Shown here one piece after another: positions 40,868-50,004 of a stretch of DNA of 64,000 nt (positions within the stretch are counted from its first letter, which is position 1; every line of letters starts with the position of its first letter). A program made the position numbers and the translations under genes. Origin of the DNA: a virus. Where the stretch lies: IMG/VR virus record IMGVR_UViG_3300042332_001411, positions 6,786-70,785 of that record. The stretch is one strand, 5' to 3'. Under the pieces are notes generated by a model, which was given only the letters and a program-made list of their open reading frames with translations, ran no database searches and was not told where the DNA came from.

Positions 40868-42784
40868 ATGGCAAAAATCCTAGTTATAAGCGCAAATCTT
40901 CCAGATTGGTCCAAAAATAGTGGTGGTAAAGAAAGGACCTTGACGCTAGTTGAAGCGCTATCAGAGCATGAAGTAACATTTTTATCTTTTAATTGGGATA
41001 ATGAACTAATTAATAAAAAAATTAATAAAAATTTACACCACTATCAGCCACAAATAGGGCACACTCTTTATAAACGTCGGCAAAGATTAGTTAATGATTT
41101 TGCAAAACTTAATCATGATACAGTTTTTGAAATTTTAAAAGATGATTTAGAAATCTTTACTTCAACAGCAAAAGAATTATCAAAAAGTTGTGATCTTATA
41201 ATCGTTGATCACTATTCTGTTTCTCCCCTTCTTCAAAATATTAAAAATGTTCCGATTATTTATAATTCTCACAATGCAGAATTTGAGTTGGGGAAACAGG
41301 TTCATGGCGAAAGCAAAGAACTAATGGACTTAGTTGAAAAAATGGAAACTCGCATTTTAAAACAAGCACAAGAAATTACATATTGCTCTTCCGCAGATTT
41401 TGTAAAAATAAAGAATCACTACGGACAAAGTATTCGTGGAAAATATATTCCAAATGGAACAATAGTCCAGGATAAAATAAATTATGAAAATAGACTTAGG
41501 TCTAGGGATATTATTTTTGTTGGTAGTGGCCATCCACCAAATAAAGCAGCAGCAAAAAAAGTTGTTGCATTTGCTCAGTCCATGCCAGAATTTAATTTTA
41601 TTATTATAGGGGGGTGCGGTAGTGGCATTAAATCTCCAAACATTCCTAGCAATGTTCAAATTGTTGGTCATGTAAATGATGAATTATTAGATAAATATTT
41701 TAGAACATCTTTTGCTTTTGTTAATCCTATGCTTAATGGTTCTGGAACACATTTAAAAATGATGAAAGCCCTGGGATATGCAATTCCAATAATAACATCA
41801 ACCGTTGGTGCAAGAGGGTTTTCTGATCAAGAAATAGAAGAGGCAATGCTAATTGCAGATACAGAGGATGACTTTTATCAAAAAATTAAAACACTTAAAG
41901 ATAAAGAAGTTTATAAGAATTTATGTGAAAATGCATATAAGCACTCAAAAACCTATGATTGGGATAAAATAAAAAAAGATTATGCAAATTTTATTGATGA
42001 ATGTATAAATAAGTATGCTGAAAATAAAACAAAAGAGGCTAATCTCAAAAAAGAAAAAGAAAAAATTCTAATATGTTCTATTGTTAGAAATGACGAACAT
42101 TTCTATTTAGACTATTACAAGAAAATTAAAGCAATGGTAGATTTTTTTCCAGAATACGAGTTTTATTTGTCTTTATATGAGAATGACTCAGTAGATGCGA
42201 CAAGCAGTTTAATGCTCAAACAAGACTATTCAATGTTTAATGGTGTGTCAATTATTTCTGAAAAAATTAATACACGGTTTTATGGTTCTTCAAAAGATGA
42301 GGATAGAGTAAAAAACCTATCACTGGCAAGGAACAAAGCCTTAACAGCAAACAACTTTTTAAATAGTGTTAATTATGTTTTAATGATAGATGTAGACGTA
42401 GATTTTAAAATGTCCGATGTTGAAAAAATATTAAACTTTAAAGACCTAGAGCCTAATTTTAATATTGTTGCAGCAGCAACCAAAAGAAGAAGGGTTCTGT
42501 ATGATCAGTGGGCAACAAGAGAAGGGCCAAGGTATGACCCAGCAATTCAAGAGTTGTTTGAGCAATATAAAAAAGAAAAATATACAAAATATTATTCTGT
42601 TTCTAGTGGGTTTTGTTTATACCAAGCCCAACCATTTAAAGATGGGGCTAGGTATGGCTATATAAATAAAGAAACTGGTGAGCCAGATTGTGAAATGGTA
42701 GTTATTTGTCAAGAATTTCAAGAAAGGGGGTATAAGAATATATACATGGCTAATCAAGCAGAAATGACACATAATCATAATTAG
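40868..42784 (+). CDS. Bifunctional glycosyltransferase (GT4 plus GT-A/Anp1-like domain)
   Basis: GT4 motifs SGGKER, IPNG, GSGTHLKM..A; C-domain YENDSVD, ARNKAL, IDVD. Confidence 0.85.
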   Translation: MAKILVISANLPDWSKNSGGKERTLTLVEALSEHEVTFLSFNWDNELINKKINKNLHHYQPQIGHTLYKRRQRLVNDFAKLNHDTVFEILKDDLEIFTSTAKELSKSCDLIIVDHYSVSPLLQNIKNVPIIYNSHNAEFELGKQVHGESKELMDLVEKMETRILKQAQEITYCSSADFVKIKNHYGQSIRGKYIPNGTIVQDKINYENRLRSRDIIFVGSGHPPNKAAAKKVVAFAQSMPEFNFIIIGGCGSGIKSPNIPSNVQIVGHVNDELLDKYFRTSFAFVNPMLNGSGTHLKMMKALGYAIPIITSTVGARGFSDQEIEEAMLIADTEDDFYQKIKTLKDKEVYKNLCENAYKHSKTYDWDKIKKDYANFIDECINKYAENKTKEANLKKEKEKILICSIVRNDEHFYLDYYKKIKAMVDFFPEYEFYLSLYENDSVDATSSLMLKQDYSMFNGVSIISEKINTRFYGSSKDEDRVKNLSLARNKALTANNFLNSVNYVLMIDVDVDFKMSDVEKILNFKDLEPNFNIVAAATKRRRVLYDQWATREGPRYDPAIQELFEQYKKEKYTKYYSVSSGFCLYQAQPFKDGARYGYINKETGEPDCEMVVICQEFQERGYKNIYMANQAEMTHNHN

Positions 42785-42831
42785 TTTGATATAATATAAA
42801 GAAGTGCAAGTCTACTAGAATAGGAGGAATA

Positions 42832-42942
42832 ATGCGTATTAAAATTATTAAGTTTGTTGTAAAAGCATTAGGGTATGAATGGTCAGGCGATAGTCTAAAA
42901 TTACCAGTGTGGTACGTAAAAGAAAAAAAGAAGGTAAAGTAA
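42832..42942 (+). CDS. Small hypothetical protein (36 aa, not in the ORF track)
   Basis: SD AGGAGG; its stop overlaps the nuclease ATG. Confidence 0.55.
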   Translation: MRIKIIKFVVKALGYEWSGDSLKLPVWYVKEKKKVK

Positions 42943-43349
42943 TGTTTGAGTATTATGTTAAAAAAGTAAATAAAATTGTAGACGGAGATACTATTGATGT
43001 AGATATAGATCTCGGGTTTGATATATCTTTTAGTTCTAGAGTAAGACTTGCTGGGATAGACACTCCAGAATCTCGTACAACAGACAAAGCAGAAAAGGCT
43101 TTGGGTCTTGAAGCAAAAGCATTTTTAAAACATGAAATTGAATCAGCAAAATCTGTTGTAATTAAAACAGAAAAAATGGATTCATCAGAAAAATATGGAA
43201 GAATTTTAGGATGGGTTTTTCTGGACGGATCAGATAAATCTATTAATCAAAAGATGATTGATGTAGGCCATGCCTGGGGATATCTGGGCGAAACAAAAAT
43301 TAAAGATTTTGAAGCACTTGCCAAAGCAAGAAAAATATCTAAAGTTTAA
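42942..43349 (+). CDS. Thermonuclease (SNase-like)
   Basis: VDGDTI; RVRLAGIDTPE; KYGRILG. Confidence 0.9.
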   Translation: MFEYYVKKVNKIVDGDTIDVDIDLGFDISFSSRVRLAGIDTPESRTTDKAEKALGLEAKAFLKHEIESAKSVVIKTEKMDSSEKYGRILGWVFLDGSDKSINQKMIDVGHAWGYLGETKIKDFEALAKARKISKV

Positions 43350-43391
43350 GTATAAAACTTTGACCTTTAAGACAAATATGATATAATATAT

Positions 43392-43449
43392 ATGTTCCTG
43401 CTCAAATGAGGGGGACATTAACTTATTCGCTTGAAGGAGGAATAAAATG
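43392..43449 (+). promoter_or_regulatory. ROSE-like RNA thermometer in the hsp20 5' UTR
   Basis: Two hairpins; in the second, UCGCU pairs with the SD AGGA leaving a bulged G. Confidence 0.65.
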
Positions 43450-43878
43450 GTAAGTACATTCGCTATGGATCTTTTTAAGGATCCATTTTTTATTGGTTTC
43501 AACAAAGAGTTGAGTCGCCTAAACAGTGCATACAGAACAAACTCGCAGTCATATCCACCTTACAACATAGTCAAACTAGATGAAGATTCTTATCTAGTTT
43601 CTATTGCTGTGGCTGGATTTTCTAAAGATGATATAGAAGTCACTTTAGATGACAGAACTTTATTTATTAAAGGTGAATTAAAAGATCAGAGTGATGGAAG
43701 AAAGAAATATCCAGAAGTAGTTCATAATGGAATTGCAACTCGTCAATTTTCAAGATCCTTTGCACTTGGAGAGTACATGGAAATTACTAGTGCTGATCTA
43801 AAGGACGGTATGTTAAAAATACAAATTGATCGTATTGTTCCAGAAGAAAAAAAACCTAAAATAATCAAAGTAAAATAA
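43447..43878 (+). CDS. Small heat shock protein (Hsp20/IbpA-like)
   Basis: YPPYNI; AVAGFSKDDIEV; GIATRQFSRSF; ADLKDGML. Confidence 0.93.
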   Translation: MVSTFAMDLFKDPFFIGFNKELSRLNSAYRTNSQSYPPYNIVKLDEDSYLVSIAVAGFSKDDIEVTLDDRTLFIKGELKDQSDGRKKYPEVVHNGIATRQFSRSFALGEYMEITSADLKDGMLKIQIDRIVPEEKKPKIIKVK

Positions 43879-43895
43879 TATAATATAATATGATT

Positions 43896-43988
43896 CTGCA
43901 CCCTTTCATCGGGGAGTCGCAGGGTGGTCGGGGGAGACAGCGACCTTTAAATAACTGGAATACACCTGAGCATGTGAATAAACTGCTC
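43896..43988 (+). ncRNA. Candidate structured RNA (hairpins plus H-type pseudoknot)
   Basis: GC-rich island after TATAAT (43886); stems GGTCG/CGACC, CAC/GTG and GAGCA/TGCTC. Confidence 0.5.
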
Positions 43989-44041
43989 ATATTTGATATA
44001 GGATGATTTCTTTGGTATACTTATAAAGAGGTGGTGTTAAT

Positions 44042-44617
44042 TTGAATAGCCAAGTATTTAGCAATATTTTTGATATCGATACGATCAACAACCTAAAGCA
44101 ATTAAAAAATAGTATTGATGGCCGAATAGATAGAAACAAGGGAAGAATTATTCGTTCAATACCAAATATATCCTTATTGCCAAAAGAAGTTGTTACAATT
44201 CTCACAAACAAAGCATCAGAACTTTATGGTAAAAATTTAAAATTATATGCAGCAGCATTTGGTCAATATGGCAAAGAGTTTGGCGATCCTAAATTAACCC
44301 CCCATATAGACGAAGTGCCGTCACAATTTACAATAGACTATCAACTAGATGGCAATGTCGATTGGTCAATAGTTATTGAGGGCAATGAGTATTGGCTAAA
44401 AAATAATTCAATTCTTACATTTGAGGGAGAAAATGTTTTGCATTGGCGCCCTAAAAAAGAGTTTTCTGACAACGAGTTTTTAGATTTAATCTGGTTTCAA
44501 TTTATAGATGACGATCATTGGTCTTATAAAACAGATGTGCGTCCAGACTTTAAAGAATATAAGAAAAATTTTAGAGAAAAAATGAGCCGTTGGGAGAGCA
44601 CATATAATGCAATATGA
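44042..44617 (+). CDS. 2OG-Fe(II) oxygenase-like protein, family A
   Basis: PHID..IDYQ..WSIVIEG..HWR. Confidence 0.75.
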   Translation: MNSQVFSNIFDIDTINNLKQLKNSIDGRIDRNKGRIIRSIPNISLLPKEVVTILTNKASELYGKNLKLYAAAFGQYGKEFGDPKLTPHIDEVPSQFTIDYQLDGNVDWSIVIEGNEYWLKNNSILTFEGENVLHWRPKKEFSDNEFLDLIWFQFIDDDHWSYKTDVRPDFKEYKKNFREKMSRWESTYNAI

Positions 44618-45248
44618 AATTAAGGCTGCTGGAATGGTATATTATAAAAATGCTATAGAAAATACTGAAGAAGTAATTAGTTCTATTGAGTATATGCAAA
44701 GTCAACTTGAAAAAGGTGTTTCAAGCGCTGCTCAGCCATGGCACGAGTGGAATGGGGCTAATCCCGAAATAGAAAAATTTTGCATAAGGCACTTTATAAC
44801 TGAGCCTAAAAATGTGTCTAAACTAGATCCCCTTTATTCTCATATATCTTTTGTTTATGATAAAATTTTTGGTGGTATTGAAAAAGCATACAATCATTAT
44901 TCAAAAGAGTTGTACCCTCATGCATCTCAAAATATTAAGTCAACAGAAGGTCTGTTAAGTGTTTTAAAGTATGGAACTACTGGATACTTGCCAGAACATC
45001 AGGACCAAGGGGTTAGTAGTAGAGTTTTGTCTACAGTGGCTTACCTAAATGATGATTATGTTGGTGGAGAAATTTATTTTCCACAAATAGATGTTGAAAT
45101 TAAACCAGAGGCTGGAAGCGTTATATTTTTTCCATCAAATTTTGTTTTTACCCATACAGTAAAACCTATTGAGAAAGGTTTTAGATATGCAGTACCACAG
45201 TGGTATCACAGTTTAAAGGAACCAAGAATGTCAACAGGAGAAGTCTAA
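44607..45248 (+). CDS. Prolyl-4-hydroxylase-like oxygenase, family B
   Basis: HQD; YLNDDYVGGEIYFP; HTV...GFRY. Confidence 0.85.
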   Translation: MQYEIKAAGMVYYKNAIENTEEVISSIEYMQSQLEKGVSSAAQPWHEWNGANPEIEKFCIRHFITEPKNVSKLDPLYSHISFVYDKIFGGIEKAYNHYSKELYPHASQNIKSTEGLLSVLKYGTTGYLPEHQDQGVSSRVLSTVAYLNDDYVGGEIYFPQIDVEIKPEAGSVIFFPSNFVFTHTVKPIEKGFRYAVPQWYHSLKEPRMSTGEV

Positions 45249-45430
45249 TGCCTGCTTATGAATATGATTGCATGCCTTGTGGAGAAAGATATGTAAAAGT
45301 TAGGGCAATGACTGAGACAGATCCAGGATACAAATGTGATAAATGTAACAGGCCTGTTGTTCGTGTATATTCTAGTATTGGTGTTACATTTAATGGAGGT
45401 GGTTTTTATAAAACGGATAATCGAAAATGA
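45248..45430 (+). CDS. FmdB-family zinc-ribbon protein
   Basis: MPAYEYDC..C...C..C...F.GGGFYKTD. Confidence 0.85.
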   Translation: MPAYEYDCMPCGERYVKVRAMTETDPGYKCDKCNRPVVRVYSSIGVTFNGGGFYKTDNRK

Positions 45431-45960
45431 TTGTCAATATACCTAAAAACCAATTATGTCAGGCATTTGATCCAATGGTAATATTGCCCGTAAAAACTCG
45501 TGAACTTAATATCCCTAAACTGACAGAAAATACTGGATGCGTGTGTCCAGCATATTTTTATATGGAAGGCATACATGGAAAAAGATTTTTATGCGATTTT
45601 CATTTTGCATATGAAAAAGATATAGTTATGGAAAGAACCCCTGATGATTGGCCAAAAATTTGTGAATATTTAATTAATAAATTAGAGGATATAGCAGAGA
45701 CATTTGCCAAAGATCCTGGGACTGAGCCACAATTATTAAATAAAAAATGCTCAAATGAAGGATGTAACTTATCTGGATATGTGTTATTTAGTATAAAAAA
45801 TGTTGAAAGAATTTTTTGTAATTTTCACTACAGAAAAAGATATTACCGATTTTTATCTAATAATATTGACTTTATAGAACAAACAGACATATTTATTGAT
45901 GAAAGATACAGGATGCACTACTCTGTAGAAGAAGAAATGCTTATGTTGACATATATCTAA
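45427..45960 (+). CDS. Hypothetical Cys/His protein with an internal duplication
   Basis: Two C..C...(L/F)C.FH repeats. Confidence 0.55.
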   Translation: MIVNIPKNQLCQAFDPMVILPVKTRELNIPKLTENTGCVCPAYFYMEGIHGKRFLCDFHFAYEKDIVMERTPDDWPKICEYLINKLEDIAETFAKDPGTEPQLLNKKCSNEGCNLSGYVLFSIKNVERIFCNFHYRKRYYRFLSNNIDFIEQTDIFIDERYRMHYSVEEEMLMLTYI

Positions 45961-45974
45961 TACTATAGTATAAT
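45946..45974 (+). promoter_or_regulatory. Consensus sigma70 promoter for a leaderless transcript
   Basis: TTGACA-N17-TATAAT-N6-ATG(45981). Confidence 0.8.
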
Positions 45975-45980
45975 TAGTAT

Positions 45981-46235
45981 ATGAATTCCGCCATAGTTGA
46001 CACAAACTCCAAAACAGAACTTAACTCTACCCACAGGTGTGATCAGTGTGGGGCAAGAGCGCTAGTTTTAGTAAAAGGAGAAATTGGAGACCTAATGTTT
46101 TGTTCTCATCATTATAATAAAATTATGGATAATGCTGTTGGTTATGACAAAATGATGAAATTTGCAAAAGAAATTTTAGATAAAAGGTATGTTCTTGAGA
46201 CAAAGCAGGATTTAGAAGAAGCAATAAAAAGATAA
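45981..46235 (+). CDS. Small zinc-binding protein of actinobacterial type
   Basis: RCDQCGARA...LMFCSHH. Confidence 0.7.
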   Translation: MNSAIVDTNSKTELNSTHRCDQCGARALVLVKGEIGDLMFCSHHYNKIMDNAVGYDKMMKFAKEILDKRYVLETKQDLEEAIKR

Positions 46236-46576
46236 TGAACAAAGACAATGATGCAATTGTGCAAGAAATGATAGAGGCTGGAGCGCTTGAACTTGAGGGG
46301 ATAGATTCAGAAAGCGGAGAGTTTTTATATAAAATTACAGACAAAATGAAAGACATAAACAAAGCCCTTTATGATGAACATTTAAACATGATTTATGCAG
46401 ACACAATGTATTTTTGGGAAAGAGGGTTTTTAGATGTTAGTGACTTTAGCAGTTCAAATCCAATGATCTCTCTTACCTCTAAGGCTTTCGATGTTAAGGC
46501 CATATCAGAATTATCGCTAGAAAAAGCAGAACTTTTTGTTAGAATAAGAGATGCTTTAAAAGAAAACAAAAGATGA
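46235..46576 (+). CDS. Hypothetical protein
   Basis: Coupled 113-aa ORF. Confidence 0.6.
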   Translation: MNKDNDAIVQEMIEAGALELEGIDSESGEFLYKITDKMKDINKALYDEHLNMIYADTMYFWERGFLDVSDFSSSNPMISLTSKAFDVKAISELSLEKAELFVRIRDALKENKR

Positions 46577-46613
46577 TATAATCTTGATGTGGCTATTTTA
46601 AAAAGAAGTAATT

Positions 46614-47201
46614 ATGTATAAAATTATTGAAAATGTTTTTTCAAAAACAGAAATTGATTATCTAAAGGATGTGTTTGAAAAAAGGGAAACTTTAAAACTT
46701 TATACTTTTCGTCCAGATACGGGAAGAATTTCTATAACCATGCCCCCGAATTCAATAAAACCAGAAATAGTTGCCAAAGTGCAAGAAATTATTAAAAGTG
46801 TTTATGGTAAAGATTATGAAATTAAAGATATTGGATTTCAAAGATATAAATTACAGTATGGCATTCCAAATTTAAAGCCACATATAGATGACCAAAAATG
46901 TCAAATTGTATTTGACTATCAAATTGAGTCAAATAAAAACTGGGATCTTGTTGTTGAAGGAGAGTCTATAAGTTTAAATGATAATGATGCTGTTGTTTTT
47001 GAAGGAGAAAAAGATGTTCATTGGAGAAATCCAGTGCATTTTAAATCACATGAGTATGTATCGATGCTTAATTTTAATGCCGTTGACAAAGATCATTGGA
47101 GCAATTTCACAGAAATAGACCCAATTGGGCCAGAAGAATTAAAAAAAATTCGTACAAGCATCGCAGAAAAATGGAAAAATAATTACCCTATTAAAGATTA
47201 A
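46614..47201 (+). CDS. 2OG-Fe(II) oxygenase-like protein, family A
   Basis: PHID..FDYQ..WDLVVEG..HWR. Confidence 0.75.
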   Translation: MYKIIENVFSKTEIDYLKDVFEKRETLKLYTFRPDTGRISITMPPNSIKPEIVAKVQEIIKSVYGKDYEIKDIGFQRYKLQYGIPNLKPHIDDQKCQIVFDYQIESNKNWDLVVEGESISLNDNDAVVFEGEKDVHWRNPVHFKSHEYVSMLNFNAVDKDHWSNFTEIDPIGPEELKKIRTSIAEKWKNNYPIKD

Positions 47202-47247
47202 GTCTTTAGACAGCGTATCAGTTCTAAATTAGTGATATACTGATATT

Positions 47248-47451
47248 ATGAACAAATTTGATGGCTGTTGCCCAGAAGAAGATATTGAAAAAAAAGCACC
47301 ATGTTGGAAAGGATATGTGCAGCGTGGCATGAAGCCAGGAAAAAATGGAAAGCCAGTTCCTAATTGTGTTCCTGCTGCAAAAGCACTTTTTAGTGAATTT
47401 GGAAAAGACTATACAAAATCTAAAACTACTAGATATACATTAGGAGAGTAG
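47248..47451 (+). CDS. Small CWKGY-motif protein
   Basis: PCWKGYVQRGMK...VPNCVP; leaderless TATACT-N6-ATG. Confidence 0.6.
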   Translation: MNKFDGCCPEEDIEKKAPCWKGYVQRGMKPGKNGKPVPNCVPAAKALFSEFGKDYTKSKTTRYTLGE

Positions 47452-47454
47452 TCT

Positions 47455-47607
47455 ATGTCTTCTGGTAGATATAAAAGACACGATGGTTTTAATCCTGTTC
47501 AAATCAAAGATGGAAAAATTGTTAGACTTCGTAAAGATGGAACAATCAAGGCAGTATTAGGAGAAATGGGCAAAGATGGCAAAGCAAAAAAACCTCGAAT
47601 CAACTAA
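47455..47607 (+). CDS. Small basic protein (not in the ORF track)
   Basis: SD AGGAG; MSSGRYKRHDGFNPVQIKDG...; 50 aa. Confidence 0.6.
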   Translation: MSSGRYKRHDGFNPVQIKDGKIVRLRKDGTIKAVLGEMGKDGKAKKPRIN

Positions 47608-47648
47608 AAAAACTTTAATAAAAACACTTGGTAGAAAAATCAAATAAT

Positions 47649-48242
47649 ATGTCTCAAATTACCAAAGAATCTATAATCTTTGCTAAAAAAAATAACAAAG
47701 TTTTATTATGTCCAAATTTTTGGGAACAAGTTCCTAGTTGGTCAGATGTTTTTGATATTTTTAAGTTAGCAAATAAAAAAAATAGCGTTCATTTTAATTC
47801 TTTTGGCACCTGTACTATTGATAAATCAGAACAATATTCAGATATTTTTGATAATTTTATAGATAAACTTTCTTTGATTCACCCTGGAAAAAAAATAGCA
47901 GTTTTTTCAATTATTCATTTTATAACTAAACATGATAATACCATTAAAGATGAAATAGCCAAAATTTTTAAAGAAGATTTTATTAACACAAACCCACACC
48001 CTATGCCAAACCCCCTGCCCCCAAAGGAAGCATTTGAGCCTACAATTCATTCTGATGCGGTTGATGGATTTTTTACTCAATTTGCAGGCTCAACCCTTTG
48101 GAAGGTGTATGATAATAATAATTTAGAACAAGAGAGTTATACGTTAAATTCGGGCGATCTTATTTTTATTCCAAAAAATTTAAAACATAGCGTAGAGTCT
48201 CTGTGCCCAAGAAATGCAATATCTATATCCTTTTCTGACTAA
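47649..48242 (+). CDS. JmjC/cupin-like oxygenase
   Basis: HSD.VD....QFAGSTLWKV; L.SGDLIFIP....H.V. Confidence 0.75.
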   Translation: MSQITKESIIFAKKNNKVLLCPNFWEQVPSWSDVFDIFKLANKKNSVHFNSFGTCTIDKSEQYSDIFDNFIDKLSLIHPGKKIAVFSIIHFITKHDNTIKDEIAKIFKEDFINTNPHPMPNPLPPKEAFEPTIHSDAVDGFFTQFAGSTLWKVYDNNNLEQESYTLNSGDLIFIPKNLKHSVESLCPRNAISISFSD

Positions 48243-48261
48243 ATGATATACTGAGGCTATT

Positions 48262-48723
48262 ATGGAATACTTTGTGGCTATAGGCTTGACATCTATCGTC
48301 TTTTCCTTTATAATATATATAGGAGTTAAGATTAATAAAGTCTTGACAAAAGAAAAAACTTTTGGCGGGATTCGGCACAGGCAAAGCACTTTGCATAATG
48401 CTGTTAGATTAATTTTACCAACCAATGAAGACATAATTAAAAACATAATTATGAATAGGGAGAGGTCACCACAAGCAAAACAGTCTAATCAAAAGTATAA
48501 TCCAGAACGTATCAAAGTTGTTGTTATTAACGATAAAGCATATTGGATTCAAGACAATGCGTTTTACGAAACAACAATAACTGATAGTGGAGAAATAAAT
48601 CAATCACTAGCAAAACCAGTTGATACAAGCAATATGGATACAGAAGAAATTGATAAACTGATGAAAATTGTTGATGATTTAAGGAGTGTAGAAGACAATG
48701 ATGGTAGTGATACAGGGAACTAA
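48262..48723 (+). CDS. N-terminally membrane-anchored hypothetical protein
   Basis: N-terminal TM helix. Confidence 0.6.
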   Translation: MEYFVAIGLTSIVFSFIIYIGVKINKVLTKEKTFGGIRHRQSTLHNAVRLILPTNEDIIKNIIMNRERSPQAKQSNQKYNPERIKVVVINDKAYWIQDNAFYETTITDSGEINQSLAKPVDTSNMDTEEIDKLMKIVDDLRSVEDNDGSDTGN

Positions 48724-49054
48724 CGAGTTTAAAGAGTACTCGGTTTTTTTGCGTGCCATGGGCGTTGTTTTATCTAACATGAAACCAGAAGACAAAGAGT
48801 TAGCCCTTTACGTTGTAGGATCTAGAAATAGTAAAATACAAGAATTTGCTATGGAGTTTTGTAATCTTTCTGAAAGGGGAATGAAAGGAAGAGGCAAAAA
48901 GATTCAAATGCATCAAACAACAGATTCTTGGGTTAGTACATATTTATCACAAATGAATTATTTTGCATTTTTTAGCAACACAAAACAACCAATATCGGTA
49001 TTGGCAAAAAAGGCCAAAGACCAAGGAGTAGAACTGGGAACATTCCAGTACTAA
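48698..49054 (+). CDS. Hypothetical protein (SLOG/YspA-like fold possible)
   Basis: VVIQGT..F..Y...A....G pattern. Confidence 0.5.
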   Translation: MMVVIQGTNEFKEYSVFLRAMGVVLSNMKPEDKELALYVVGSRNSKIQEFAMEFCNLSERGMKGRGKKIQMHQTTDSWVSTYLSQMNYFAFFSNTKQPISVLAKKAKDQGVELGTFQY

Positions 49055-49063
49055 AGGAGATAT

Positions 49064-49279
49064 ATGTTAATTAAAAAACTAGAAGAAGCCGAGCAAATTG
49101 TTAAATCTAATAAAGATTTAAGATGGTTTGGCTGGGATATAATTTCAAGAGAAATTACAATTAATGGATTTAGTCATAAGTCTGGATCATTTCTTAATAA
49201 CCGTTGGGGCATTGATAGGCGCTATCCAATAACGGAAAAAGGCTGGTACTTACCAAACAATTTGGGAGTAAAAAAATGA
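49064..49279 (+). CDS. Hypothetical protein
   Basis: SD AAGGAG; W.GWD motif. Confidence 0.6.
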   Translation: MLIKKLEEAEQIVKSNKDLRWFGWDIISREITINGFSHKSGSFLNNRWGIDRRYPITEKGWYLPNNLGVKK

Positions 49280-50004
49280 CAAATTATCAACCGTATCAAA
49301 ACTATTTTGATGTTTTAGGAAAAAATAAAGACAACATTGTTATAATTAATAATTTTATTAGCCATGAAGATTTGCTAGCCATTAATGATTATCTTGATTT
49401 GTACGAAAATAATGATGAATTTATGGGCGGAAAAGATTTAAGAGAAGATCAAGTTGAAAAAGAAAATCCAAAAGTTGCAAAAATTCTTGATAAATATGAG
49501 AAAAAAATATATGAAAAAGTAAATGAACTTTTTACTGAAAAATATAAAATTCCTATTATTAGAAAGCCAGTTAACTCTACGCATTTTGTTAAATGGATCC
49601 CTGGGATGAATTCTAAATTGCACTCTGATTGTGAAAAACCAGATGGGACTCCAGCATATGCTGCAGATTTTTATACTTATAATGTAGCAGTTTTGATGTA
49701 TCCAAATGACAAATACACTGGGGGAGAAATTACTTTTCCAGACTATGATTTAGTTTTAAAGCCAAAGCCAGGAGATATGATTATGTTTCCAGGAAACAAT
49801 GCATACAAGCATACAGTTCAAAGAGTAGAAAGTGGAACCAGGTACACCATGCCATCTTGGTATGCTTTTGATGTTAATGAGGCGCCTAAAGAGTCTAAGA
49901 AATATTCATACTTAGATTCTGTTCAACTTTGGGAAGGTCTGCCAGATTTTGACAAAATAGACCCAGTTGGTATTGATGTTAGGAAGTATAATGAAGGATC
50001 ATAA
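49276..50004 (+). CDS. Prolyl-4-hydroxylase-like oxygenase, family B
   Basis: HSD; YPNDKYTGGEITFP; HTV...GTRY. Confidence 0.85.
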   Translation: MTNYQPYQNYFDVLGKNKDNIVIINNFISHEDLLAINDYLDLYENNDEFMGGKDLREDQVEKENPKVAKILDKYEKKIYEKVNELFTEKYKIPIIRKPVNSTHFVKWIPGMNSKLHSDCEKPDGTPAYAADFYTYNVAVLMYPNDKYTGGEITFPDYDLVLKPKPGDMIMFPGNNAYKHTVQRVESGTRYTMPSWYAFDVNEAPKESKKYSYLDSVQLWEGLPDFDKIDPVGIDVRKYNEGS

